From positions 2,539,604-2,603,603 of the forward strand of contig OY829953.1 in assembly GCA_963692525.1 (NCBI GenBank): a stretch of DNA of 64,000 bases. The letters run 5' to 3'. This DNA comes from Opitutales bacterium (lineage in GTDB: Bacteria; Verrucomicrobiota; Verrucomicrobiia; Opitutales; PNEW01). Below the pieces are notes generated by a model, which saw only the letters and a list, made by a program, of their open reading frames with translations, was not told the origin of the DNA and ran no database searches. Shown here one piece after another: positions 53,699 to 62,756 of this stretch. Position 1 is the first letter of the stretch; every line of letters begins with the position of its first letter. The position numbers and the translations under genes are program-made.

Positions 53699-54181
53699 TC
53701 AGCAATTAGCTTTTAATTTTTCCCAAGTGTCCGTCAGGGCCTCTGGAAGAACTTTTGTCTTTCCAATAACGGGCATGAAATTGGTATCACCCTCCCACCG
53801 TGGGACGATGTGACAATGGAGATGTGTGGGAATACCTGCGCCGGCTGAGCATCCTAAATTAAAACCAATATTAAAGCCGTCTGGGTTAAACGTTTTTTGC
53901 AATATCTCTTTGCCCTTTATTATCGTAGCCATGAGATCGTTGCGCTCGTCTATTTCTAAGTCACTGAGATCCGCAACTTCGCGATAAGGGACAGTCAATA
54001 GATGACCTGGATTGTAAGGGTATTTATTCAAGATAAGATAAGATTGTTGTCCGCGGTAAATAATGAGAGCTTCTTTATCATCACCGAGTTCTGGCAGGCA
54101 TAGAAAAGGGTTTCCAAAACTTTCATCCGTTTTTGGAGTCTCAATATATTCCATACGCCAATATGCGTGAAGTGTTTCCAT
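53699..54181 (-). CDS. HIT-family nucleotide hydrolase/transferase
   Basis: 160 aa; histidine triad THLHCHIVPRW; NKYPYNPGHLL motif of the GalT/Ap4A-phosphorylase-like HIT branch. Confidence 0.85.
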   Translation of the reverse strand: METLHAYWRMEYIETPKTDESFGNPFLCLPELGDDKEALIIYRGQQSYLILNKYPYNPGHLLTVPYREVADLSDLEIDERNDLMATIIKGKEILQKTFNPDGFNIGFNLGCSAGAGIPTHLHCHIVPRWEGDTNFMPVIGKTKVLPEALTDTWEKLKANC

Positions 54182-54781
54182 TCCGCCTCAAATTTTTTAT
54201 TTCGTAACAGGGGACGAAAATTTAATACCGTCTATACTTAAAAAAGACGAAAAAAGCGTAAAGTTTTTCCCACCCTTCGTCCACCTCTTATTTCAAGCAA
54301 ATAAAGCAATTAATCGATCAACAAGATGCTTAATTTGCACAATTTCATGAGGGAATAAATTTATCGTATCTTAGCTGTGTGTGTCATCGGGCTTCCTTTA
54401 GGGATGTTGGACTCCACGTGACTCAGGTTAAAATTAAATCGATATTTTTCAACTGTTGTCATGTCATATTTTTTTAAATAAATTATCGTTCGCATATCAA
54501 GTTTGCTTACGAAGAAGAAGATACAAAATGATGATTTATTATACTCACTATGCTCACGAATAAGCCCCTCAGTTTTTATCATGGTCGTTTTTTTAAGCAG
54601 ACATATTCAAGAAAACTATGCTGGCTTTTAGAAAAATGATATGAGAGACAACTGGATACTGTTTTATCTTATTTTCGCACTCTTTGGGAAAGAGCGATTC
54701 ATTTCACTTGCGTGCCTCTAATGATTGTTCTTCTTTTAACTTTAATTTGTATACAGCTTACGAAATCATAATTATTTTAAG

Positions 54782-55225
54782 ATGGTTCATCGGACTAAAA
54801 TAAAAGGCATTTTTCTCCTTCTTACGACGGCGATGATCCTGGGATTATTTGCACAGATTATCCCTGATGCGCCCGTAATTGATTTTAAGCTGCCGATGTT
54901 TGGTGAAAATGGATACAAGATATGGGATTTACAAGGTGATGAAGGCCGTTATATCAATGCCGGGAGGATTGATGTTATCAACCTGAAGTTACGCGTTTAT
55001 TCTGGAGATGAGTCACTTGCGCTCGATACGACAATTGAAAGTCCTAAAGCGATAATGCTTATTCGCAGAAATAGGGCATTGAGCAATGCTTCTATTCGAA
55101 TGCTTGGATCTAATTACGAAATAATGGGATCAGATTGGATTTGGGAAGGATCCAATCGGACCCTTAAAGTGAAAAAAAATGTGCGTGTTAACTTTCAAGA
55201 TAGGCTTACAGATATATTAAAATGA
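54782..55225 (+). CDS. lptC: LptC-like lipopolysaccharide export protein (tentative)
   Basis: 147 aa; single N-terminal TM anchor (IFLLLTTAMILGLFA), beta-rich remainder. ATGA overlap with the following OstA/LptA-like gene and lptB downstream. Confidence 0.5.
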   Translation: MVHRTKIKGIFLLLTTAMILGLFAQIIPDAPVIDFKLPMFGENGYKIWDLQGDEGRYINAGRIDVINLKLRVYSGDESLALDTTIESPKAIMLIRRNRALSNASIRMLGSNYEIMGSDWIWEGSNRTLKVKKNVRVNFQDRLTDILK

Positions 55226-55809
55226 ATAAATTATTTCTCCTCTTGGCACTGATACCCTGCATTTTATCCGGTTTTCGCATCGCTGATGGTGAAGAGACAA
55301 CCGCGGATCAATATATTTCACCCCTTACTGTCGTTAGAAGTGAATCACTCAAAATGACGAGTACTCCAGAACTAAACTACTTTTATTTTAGCGATAATGT
55401 GACTATTACCGGTAACAACCTACTCGTTAAATGTGATAATCTTGAAGTAACAGCAAGTCGTTCGGGAGAAGCTGAGGCGACGATAGGTCGAATTGGCGTT
55501 ATTAAAAAAATTGTTGCTATCGGTTCAGTAGAAATATTTCAGGCCGGTCGAGCGGCCCTCGCAGGTCGAGCTGAATTACTTCCTGCTGAAGACAAAATTA
55601 TACTTACCGATTCGCCCCAAATCCTAGATCGAAAAGCAACAGTTAGTGGGTGGCGTATTACCTTGTTGAAAGGAAATCGCACAGTGATCGTCGAAAACAA
55701 TCCGGATGACATCGGCGGGAGTCGACCGACAGTTGTTCTCGATGCCTTGCCAAATTTGGGATTTGATGAAAATGAAAATGCTGATACCGAGGAAAGAGAA
55801 TCCGAATAA
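55222..55809 (+). CDS. lptA: LptA / OstA-N-domain periplasmic LPS transport protein
   Basis: 195 aa; signal peptide MNKLFLLLALIPCILSG. OstA-like beta-jellyroll pattern (VTITGNNLLVKCDNLEV...VAIGSVEIFQ...). Sits between the lptC-like gene and lptB. Confidence 0.65.
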   Translation: MNKLFLLLALIPCILSGFRIADGEETTADQYISPLTVVRSESLKMTSTPELNYFYFSDNVTITGNNLLVKCDNLEVTASRSGEAEATIGRIGVIKKIVAIGSVEIFQAGRAALAGRAELLPAEDKIILTDSPQILDRKATVSGWRITLLKGNRTVIVENNPDDIGGSRPTVVLDALPNLGFDENENADTEERESE

Positions 55810-55843
55810 TTAACAGCTGGTGACAGGATGATCATATAATAAA

Positions 55844-56578
55844 ATGAGTACTGCGCGTGCATATATTCAGATAAACGGACTTGTTAAAACCTATGGTAAC
55901 CGACAAGTGGTGGATGGGGTCGATCTGTCCGTGCGAGCGGGGGAGATTGTAGGTCTGTTGGGCCCAAACGGTGCCGGAAAAACCACGACATTTTATATCA
56001 TTGTCGGACTAGTCCCGGCGTCGCGCGGGTCTGTGTATTTTGATAAACTCAATATTACCCGAATCCCCATGTACAAACGAGCCCGTTTAGGGATTGGCTA
56101 CCTTCCGCAGGAACCCTCTGTTTTTCGCAAGCTTACGGTGGAAGAAAACATAAAAGCCGTAGTCGAGACTTTACCGATGAATGCATCTCAGCGAAAAGAA
56201 TGTACCGCGCGTCATCTCAACGAGCTCGGTCTTGCTCACTTGGCGGCGCAGAAAGCATTTACCTTGAGTGGGGGCGAACGCCGTCGGCTTGAAATATCCC
56301 GCGCACTGGTAACTACGCCTAAATTTTTACTCATGGATGAGCCGTTCAGTGGAGTCGATCCCATAAGTGTCAGCGATGTCCAAGAGATAATCATGGGTCT
56401 TAAGAAAAAAGGCATTGGTGTCCTGATAACGGATCATAATGTGCGTGAAACACTGCGTGTTGTTGACCGCGCCTACCTTCTTCATGAAGGTAAGGTTTTG
56501 TGTGAAGGGAGTAGTAATTTTCTTATCAATGACCCGCAGAGTCGTCACTTCTACCTCGGAGAAAACTTTAATCTTTAA
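55844..56578 (+). CDS. lptB: LPS export ABC transporter ATP-binding protein LptB
   Basis: 244 aa; Walker A GPNGAGKTT, signature LSGGERRRLEISRAL, Walker B LLMDEPF, H-loop ITDHN. Confidence 0.92.
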   Translation: MSTARAYIQINGLVKTYGNRQVVDGVDLSVRAGEIVGLLGPNGAGKTTTFYIIVGLVPASRGSVYFDKLNITRIPMYKRARLGIGYLPQEPSVFRKLTVEENIKAVVETLPMNASQRKECTARHLNELGLAHLAAQKAFTLSGGERRRLEISRALVTTPKFLLMDEPFSGVDPISVSDVQEIIMGLKKKGIGVLITDHNVRETLRVVDRAYLLHEGKVLCEGSSNFLINDPQSRHFYLGENFNL

Positions 56579-56586
56579 ATCCGATC

Positions 56587-57546
56587 ATGCCACAGAAGCC
56601 ACAGCCTAAAATAGTTGAGAGTGTCGCGGTCGAGGAATTCTTAAATTCCTACTCCAAGTCATTAAAAATGGTTCTTGTTGCAGGTAAAAGTGGCCTTAAA
56701 AAACTCGTTCGTGATAAAAATATAAATCGCCCATCTATTGCCCTGACTGGATACTTAAAATATCTAGGTTATAAACGTATTCAACTCTTCGGTGCAGGAG
56801 AAATGGGATACTTGCGCGAGCTAACTGAAGAAAAACAATATAAGGTGCTCGTCGGAATGGCGCTCAAGCATATAGTCTGTGTGGTGATATCACGTAATAT
56901 GCTTCCCACCAACGCTTTATTAAAAGTCGCTGATGAGTACAAGATCCCGCTTATACGCACTCAGCTTAATTCGCGCGATTTCATTGCAAAAGGTACATTG
57001 CTTCTTGAAAACGTATTTGCTCCTCAGTTAACAGAACATGGTACGATGATGGACATCAGGGGAATGGGCACACTTTTGCGTGGTGAAAGCGGAATGGGGA
57101 AAAGTGAGTGCGCTCTCGCGCTCATCGAGCACGGTCACAGTCTCGTCGCCGATGACGTTGTCTATGTTAAGCTTATCAATGAACGTGAATTGATGGCAAC
57201 AAGTTCTGAGTTAAATCGGGGTTATATGGAATGCCGGGGTCTAGGTATAATTAATATCGCCGAACTTTTTGGTATACGATCTGTCCGCTTGGAAAAACAT
57301 ATCGACCTTGTTGTTACTTTCAACGAGTTTTCAAAAGGGATGGAGGAAGATCGCACCGGGTTGGAGGAGAATGATTATGAAATTCTCGAGATTAATGTCC
57401 CTCACATTGAACTTCCCGTCCGTCCGGGTAGGGACCTTGCCCGTCTTGTCGAAGTTGCTGCCATGACCCAGGCACTTAAGTTACTCGGTCACGATCCGGC
57501 GAAAGATTTTAATGACCGCCTGATTCAATATATGGCTGAGCATTAA
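56587..57546 (+). CDS. hprK: HPr kinase/phosphorylase
   Basis: 319 aa; P-loop GESGMGKSECAL, LVADDVV, MECRGLGIINI signature. Confidence 0.93.
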   Translation: MPQKPQPKIVESVAVEEFLNSYSKSLKMVLVAGKSGLKKLVRDKNINRPSIALTGYLKYLGYKRIQLFGAGEMGYLRELTEEKQYKVLVGMALKHIVCVVISRNMLPTNALLKVADEYKIPLIRTQLNSRDFIAKGTLLLENVFAPQLTEHGTMMDIRGMGTLLRGESGMGKSECALALIEHGHSLVADDVVYVKLINERELMATSSELNRGYMECRGLGIINIAELFGIRSVRLEKHIDLVVTFNEFSKGMEEDRTGLEENDYEILEINVPHIELPVRPGRDLARLVEVAAMTQALKLLGHDPAKDFNDRLIQYMAEH

Positions 57547-57616
57547 ACGAGCCTTCATTGAAAAATTTATTAAATAAAGTTGCCGAGCGGAGTTTCGGAT
57601 TGCAATCTTGCTACCC

Positions 57617-57642
57617 ATTCTTGAAGCGAATGCTTCAAGAAT
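57617..57642. repeat. Perfect 11-bp inverted repeat with a 4-nt spacer
   Basis: ATTCTTGAAGC-GAAT-GCTTCAAGAAT, 70 nt downstream of the hprK stop. No U-tract on either strand. Confidence 0.7.
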
Positions 57643-57738
57643 CGACCTGGAAACCGCATAGTTATCAGGGTTCTTTTATGAGCGATGATTTTCTAATGAA
57701 GGCAATATTTTTAAATATAAAGTTATCAGCAATTCTCA

Positions 57739-57747
57739 TGTGAATAA
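57739..57747 (-). promoter_or_regulatory. DnaA-box-like 9-mer (TTATTCACA on the minus strand)
   Basis: TGTGAATAA read on the + strand; 8/9 match to the TTATCCACA consensus. Confidence 0.35.
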
Positions 57748-58042
57748 GTTGTTAGAAACTTGAACTTGAAAACATTCTTACACTACAAAATTCTAATTTA
57801 TTCAAATGAGATAAGACTACATTACTTACTTTGTGAACTGACAATTACCTCTTCTGAATGAAACTGAATTATCACCTACATAAAAATATAAGTAATTGAT
57901 TATTAACAGAATACTATAAATTAGAGATGACTGAAAATAGCTTTTTACCCCCTCATATCATCGACGAAACCCATCCTTCCGGTGTCATTCTGTCTCCATA
58001 TTTCACCCTATAAATATGAGGGCCGATACACCATTTTTCATC

Positions 58043-58051
58043 TGTGAATAA
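58043..58051 (-). promoter_or_regulatory. DnaA-box-like 9-mer (TTATTCACA on the minus strand), 22 nt upstream of the dnaA ATG
   Basis: Identical TGTGAATAA copy. Its position in the dnaA promoter/leader fits known DnaA autoregulation. Confidence 0.35.
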
Positions 58052-58072
58052 AAACTCATTTATCCCAAAAAA

Positions 58073-59479
58073 ATGTCGCAACATTCTGTAAAACAAGATC
58101 TTTGGACTACTTTAAAGAGCGATTTGAAAACGCTATTTCCCCGCGATATATACGAGACATGGTTTGAGCCGATTCATGGCATGGAAGAAAATGAAAAGTC
58201 ATTGACTTTATCGGCCCCAAACGAGTTTGCCAAGATTTGGATCCAGGACAATTACCTGGATTTGATCAACGAGAAAGCGCACCTGATACTTGGCAGGCCG
58301 TTAGATATCATCGTTAAAGTTTTCAACGATGAGAATGAAGAGCTTGATCATCAAACGACAAAGCTGAATGATAATCGAAATGAGCAAACATCCCGATTAG
58401 CCCATAAAGATAATAGGCGGTATTTAGAAAATAGACTTTCGGAAAGAAATCTATCGCTTAACCCGGCGAATACATTTGAAAATTTTATCGTCGGCACCAG
58501 TAATCAGCTGGCTCATGCCGCCAGTGTGGCGGTAGCAGAAGCACCCGCGAGAGCTTATAACCCACTCTTCCTCTATGGAGATAGCGGGTTGGGTAAAACC
58601 CATCTCATGCACGCTATTGCGCACACAATTGTGAAAGAGAAAACTCATCCCAAGGTTATTTATGTTTCCTGTGAGAAATTTACGAATGAATACATTCGGG
58701 CGCTTCAGGAAAATAAGCTGGTAAGTTTTCGCAAAGATTTTCGCAATATCGATGTTCTTCTTATCGATGACATCCAATTTCTTGCCGGCAAAGAGGGTAT
58801 TCAAGAGGAATTTTTTCACACTTTTAACGATCTATTTGAGTCACAGCGTCAAATTTGTCTATCCAGTGATCGTCCGGCAAGTGAGATATCAAAATTGGAA
58901 AGTCGTCTTCTTTCCCGCTTTCAATGGGGTATGGTAACGGATATTCAGGCACCGGACCTCGAAACTCGCGTCGCGATCCTTTCTCAAAAAGCAGCCACCC
59001 GGGGATATAATATTCCCGTCGATGTAATACAATTCCTTGCTGAGCGCATCACGCGTAATGTCCGGCGCTTAGAAGGAGCATTAACGAGAGTAGCCTGTGC
59101 ATCAGTCCTTCAAAATCCACTTGATATCTCCCATGTCGAGCAACTCCTGCAAGATATCCTTCAAGAGGAAGCCTTAAATCAAATCACGATTGAAATGATT
59201 CAGAAAAAAGTGGTGGAATATTATCAGCTTAGACTGAGTGACATGGTCAGCAAGCGCCGCCCAAACAATATCGCCTTTCCTCGCCAGATTGCCATGTATA
59301 TTAGCCGTCTTCATACCAACCACTCCTTACAAGATATTGGCGAAGCCTTTGGTGGCCGTGATCATGGTACCGTCATACATGCCTGTAAAACAGTGGAAAA
59401 TATCATGGAGCAGGATGAATCTGTGGCAAGGAGTGTGGAATACTTGACAAAACAGCTTACTAATCAGAACCCTCAATGA
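58073..59479 (+). CDS. dnaA: Chromosomal replication initiator protein DnaA
   Basis: 468 aa; AAA+ Walker A GDSGLGKTHL, Walker B/sensor LLIDDIQFLAGKEGIQEEFFHTFN, domain IV RRPNNIAFPRQIAMYISR...IGEAFGGRDHGTVIHA. Confidence 0.97.
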   Translation: MSQHSVKQDLWTTLKSDLKTLFPRDIYETWFEPIHGMEENEKSLTLSAPNEFAKIWIQDNYLDLINEKAHLILGRPLDIIVKVFNDENEELDHQTTKLNDNRNEQTSRLAHKDNRRYLENRLSERNLSLNPANTFENFIVGTSNQLAHAASVAVAEAPARAYNPLFLYGDSGLGKTHLMHAIAHTIVKEKTHPKVIYVSCEKFTNEYIRALQENKLVSFRKDFRNIDVLLIDDIQFLAGKEGIQEEFFHTFNDLFESQRQICLSSDRPASEISKLESRLLSRFQWGMVTDIQAPDLETRVAILSQKAATRGYNIPVDVIQFLAERITRNVRRLEGALTRVACASVLQNPLDISHVEQLLQDILQEEALNQITIEMIQKKVVEYYQLRLSDMVSKRRPNNIAFPRQIAMYISRLHTNHSLQDIGEAFGGRDHGTVIHACKTVENIMEQDESVARSVEYLTKQLTNQNPQ

Positions 59480-59974
59480 ATGGAACTGACGAATGAGCAG
59501 CAAAAGGCCCTGGAAAAATGGATCAGTGATGGTTTGTCATTGTCCTCTATTCAGGCTCAATTGAACGAAGAGTTCAGTCTCTCCCTTACATACATGGAGG
59601 TCCGCTTCCTTGTTGATGATTTGAATCTTACATTACAGGACAAACCTGAATTGAGTGATGCTGTCCCGAATGACAATTTGGAATCTGCAAATCAAAGTGC
59701 TCCAGGTGATAGTGATAGCGCAGCTGAAGACTTGGGTGGAGGTGGCGATGCTTTTGGTTCTTCACTCACCGTGGAGGTTGACCGTTTAATGAAACCAGGT
59801 GCGGTCGTAAGTGGGACGGTAAAATTCAGTGATGGGGTCAACTCCAGTTGGACTATCGATCAATTTGGACGTATGGAGCTAAATCCTTCACAGGAAGGTT
59901 ATCAGCCAAGCGCAGAAGACCTTCAGGCATTTCAAAAGGAACTTCAATCCGCACTGCAGAAGCACGGTATATAA
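59480..59974 (+). CDS. Hypothetical protein: HTH-like N-terminus, acidic linker, beta-rich C-terminal domain
   Basis: 164 aa. The ATG immediately abuts the dnaA TGA (CAA TGA ATG). The N-terminus LTNEQQKALEKWISDGLSLSSIQAQL resembles small HTH modules. Linker DSDSAAEDLGGGGD. No family recognised. Confidence 0.55.
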   Translation: MELTNEQQKALEKWISDGLSLSSIQAQLNEEFSLSLTYMEVRFLVDDLNLTLQDKPELSDAVPNDNLESANQSAPGDSDSAAEDLGGGGDAFGSSLTVEVDRLMKPGAVVSGTVKFSDGVNSSWTIDQFGRMELNPSQEGYQPSAEDLQAFQKELQSALQKHGI

Positions 59975-59981
59975 CTCCCAT

Positions 59982-61988
59982 TTAGCGCTTTAGCAGTTCC
60001 TGAAATTCTTTTTCATCAATTATCTTCGTCCCCATTTTTTGAGCTTGGGCCAGTTTTGATCCAGCCGATTCACCAGCGAGGATAAAATCCGTTTTTTTAC
60101 GGACACTCGTCGTCACCCGACCCCCAACATTTTCAATCAGTTGCGTTGCGGCTTCGCGGGTTAAGGATACCAAAGTACCGGTTAAGACAAATGATTTACC
60201 ATTGAAATCATGGGTTTCACTCTGAGTAGATGCCACCTCCTCGACATTCAAACCATAGCCAATAAGTCGCAAAATGATTTTCTTATTGGATTCTTGAGAA
60301 AAAAAATGATTTAAGCTCTTAGCCATTATCTCACCAATGCCATCCAGCGTCATGAGGTCATCCTCGTTTGCATCAATGAGCCCTTGGAGGCTATGAAGAG
60401 AGCGGGCTAAGTCCTTAGATGCCGTTGCCCCTATATGTTGAATTCCAAGTCCGTGAATTAGACGCCAAAGTTCACATTTTTTACTAGACTCTATAGCCTG
60501 GATAAGGTTTTCAGATGATTTCTGAGCAAATTTTTCTAGAGGTAATAGATCATTGACGATCAACTTATAGAGATCTGCGATATTATTAATTAGATTTTTA
60601 CTTACAAGTTGATCCACTACTGCTTCACCAAGGCCTTCAATATCCATGCATTGGCGCGAGGTAAAATGTTCAATCCGACCGCGGACCTGGGGTGGGCAAC
60701 TTAAGTTTGGACAACGCCGCGCCGCTTCTCCGGGTAAACGTATGGTTTCCGTTCCACAAGCTGGGCATACGTGGGGGAAGACGTATGAAGAGATGCCATT
60801 TTTTCTTTTATCTGTGAGCACACGAACGATTGCCGGAATGATATCACCTGCTTTTTCTATTATCACGCTGTCACCTTCCCGGATATCCTTACGTTTGATC
60901 TCATCCTCGTTGTGAAGAGTAGCGTGAGATACTGTGCTACCGGCGAGAAAAACCGGCTTTAATTCAGCGACCGGCGTTAAGGTGCCAGTTCTTCCTATTT
61001 GAATATTTATCTTTTGAATTTCGGTTTCAGCCTGTTCTGCAGCAAATTTATAGGCAATTGCCCAGCGTGGAGACTTTGATGTTGAACCGGACACACGCTG
61101 TTGATCCAGTGCGTCTAACTTGATAACTGCGCCATCGGTTGAATAGGCAAAGGTCTCACGTAAATTTTCAAGTTCCTCTATTATCTTCCAGGCTTCTGTG
61201 ATGCCATTTGCCATCCAAAATTTTTCGACTGTTGGCATGTTCCAGCTCTTTAATCCTTCTTGAAACTCGCGTTGACGGGTGAAGGAAAGAGGGGAGCAAT
61301 AGCCCAATCCGTAAAGAACAATGTCAAGTTTTCGATTTTTTGCGCTTTTAGGATCAAGCTGTTTAATTGTTCCAGCAGCTAAATTTCGCGGGTTGGCATA
61401 AAGATCGAGAGCTGCCGCTTCGCGTTCCTTGTTGATACGTTCAAATTCAGGATGCGTCATGTAAATTTCTCCACGGATCTCTATCACCTCCGGGCAGGAC
61501 TTATCCTTTATCCGCCTGGGTAAGTATTCAATGCCTTCAATGTTTTTTGTAATCACGTCGCCTTCAATACCGTTACCTCGTGTGACCGCTCTGACGAGAT
61601 TCCCATTTTCGTAAGTGAGGCTTATCGCGATACCATCAATTTTTGGTTCGATGATGTAGACCAGCTCGTCAACTCCTAATAGCTTTTGCAAACGCTTATC
61701 GAATCCACTGAGTTCCTCCTCGTTATAAGTATTGTCAAGACTCATCATGGGTTGACGATGACGGTATGATTCGAAACCCTCGAGCCGATCGTCACCTACC
61801 TGGTGGATGGGCGAATCTTCGGATGAAAATTCGGGATATTGCTTTTCCAGTTCAAGCAGCTCATTTTTTAAACGGTCGTATTCAAAGTCGGTGATTTCCG
61901 GCCTCGCATTTTTAAAATATAGTGTATCGTGGTGGGCCAATTCTCTACGCCGTTCAGCAATGCGTTTTTCGATATCTCCTTGCTTCAT
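59982..61988 (-). CDS. ligA: NAD-dependent DNA ligase
   Basis: 668 aa; adenylation motif IEPKIDGIAISL, zinc finger CPACGTETIRLPGEAARRCPNLSCP, HhH repeats, C-terminal BRCT (GKSFVLTGTL...). Confidence 0.97.
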   Translation of the reverse strand: MKQGDIEKRIAERRRELAHHDTLYFKNARPEITDFEYDRLKNELLELEKQYPEFSSEDSPIHQVGDDRLEGFESYRHRQPMMSLDNTYNEEELSGFDKRLQKLLGVDELVYIIEPKIDGIAISLTYENGNLVRAVTRGNGIEGDVITKNIEGIEYLPRRIKDKSCPEVIEIRGEIYMTHPEFERINKEREAAALDLYANPRNLAAGTIKQLDPKSAKNRKLDIVLYGLGYCSPLSFTRQREFQEGLKSWNMPTVEKFWMANGITEAWKIIEELENLRETFAYSTDGAVIKLDALDQQRVSGSTSKSPRWAIAYKFAAEQAETEIQKINIQIGRTGTLTPVAELKPVFLAGSTVSHATLHNEDEIKRKDIREGDSVIIEKAGDIIPAIVRVLTDKRKNGISSYVFPHVCPACGTETIRLPGEAARRCPNLSCPPQVRGRIEHFTSRQCMDIEGLGEAVVDQLVSKNLINNIADLYKLIVNDLLPLEKFAQKSSENLIQAIESSKKCELWRLIHGLGIQHIGATASKDLARSLHSLQGLIDANEDDLMTLDGIGEIMAKSLNHFFSQESNKKIILRLIGYGLNVEEVASTQSETHDFNGKSFVLTGTLVSLTREAATQLIENVGGRVTTSVRKKTDFILAGESAGSKLAQAQKMGTKIIDEKEFQELLKR

Positions 61989-62048
61989 TCTCTCAATAAA
62001 AAAGGGGTTAAATAATAATAAAGATGATAGTACACTTTCGAAGAAATG

Positions 62049-62462
62049 TCAGTTAATCTTCGAAGTATTGTTCTTTATCCAGTTAAAATTTATATTCATT
62101 TCAAGTAAGCGTTTGTAGGGTTGCAAGCTCTGATAAGCAATTACAGCCACCACTGAACCCAGGGTATCAGCCATCCAGTCAGCCACCTCGAAATAGCGAT
62201 AGGGGTTTAGGTACTGATGCCATTCATCCAGCAATCCGAAAAGGGATGTAACAATAATCGCAAGGAATGCGAATTTAATGTGTGCGTGTTTATAATCGTA
62301 GACCCGTAGGATTAAAGTAGCGAGGAGCCCGAAAATAAAAAAATGTACTAGCTTATCGATGCTTACTAGCTGTAGGAAATCAGGTAATTGTGGGCCCGCC
62401 CCTCCCGAGGAAAAAACGATAGTAGAGGCAAGGGTTAATGGCCATAGCATACGATAGAACAT
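62049..62462 (-). CDS. VanZ-like membrane protein
   Basis: 137 aa; 4 hydrophobic helices; DKLVHFFIFGLL and LLDEWHQ...DWMADTLG motifs typical of the VanZ family. Confidence 0.7.
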   Translation of the reverse strand: MFYRMLWPLTLASTIVFSSGGAGPQLPDFLQLVSIDKLVHFFIFGLLATLILRVYDYKHAHIKFAFLAIIVTSLFGLLDEWHQYLNPYRYFEVADWMADTLGSVVAVIAYQSLQPYKRLLEMNINFNWIKNNTSKIN

Positions 62463-62603
62463 TTAATTAATTAGGGGTGAAATAATTCCGATCGAGAATG
62501 CGACAGATCAATCGATAGCATCTCGCAAGACCAACTATTATGTTCGTTAAAGAACTATCATTTATTGTGGTAAAGCTAAAACTGCTTGCTTAATAAATAA
62601 ATC

Positions 62604-62615
62604 AAAGTAAGACTA
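62604..62615 (+). repeat. Copy 1 of a 12-nt direct repeat AAAGTAAGACTA upstream of the gdh gene
   Basis: Exact 12-mer, repeated at 62745-62756. Copy 1 sits in the loop region of an 8-bp hairpin (AATCAAAG 62600-62607 / CTTTGATT 62618-62625). Confidence 0.6.
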
Positions 62616-62744
62616 ATCTTTGATTAAGTGTGACTTATGGGAGTTGAAATACCAGATTTGAGTATTTTTAATATTCTATCACTCGATGAATAGTTACCTG
62701 ATTATTTTTTTCTCTTTAGATGTGAGCCGAGCGCAGTGCTTTTA

Positions 62745-62756
62745 AAAGTAAGACTA
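62745..62756 (+). repeat. Copy 2 of the 12-nt direct repeat AAAGTAAGACTA
   Basis: Exact match to 62604-62615, 141 nt downstream of copy 1 and 144 nt upstream of the gdh ATG. Confidence 0.6.

Larger units (their letters stand above)
57547..58072. other. Candidate chromosomal replication origin (oriC) region upstream of dnaA
   Basis: 526-bp non-coding stretch immediately 5' of dnaA. The core 57750-57960 is very AT-rich. Two copies of TGTGAATAA (the complement, TTATTCACA, is 1 mismatch from the DnaA box TTATCCACA) plus several TTATC-containing half-matches (57661, 57722, 57869, 58060). Confidence 0.4.

Noticed and set aside
54361-54582. 73-aa minus-strand ORF in the 600-bp gene-free region
   Set aside because: It has no recognisable motif, odd composition (FCIFFFVSK, Lys/Tyr-rich) and no supporting context. 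It is kept only as a note within the intergenic finding.
57558-57743. 61-aa ORF starting at a TTG just after hprK
   Set aside because: It has a non-ATG start, spans the 26-nt palindrome and the first DnaA-like box, and looks like non-coding AT-rich sequence. This is more likely origin or terminator DNA.
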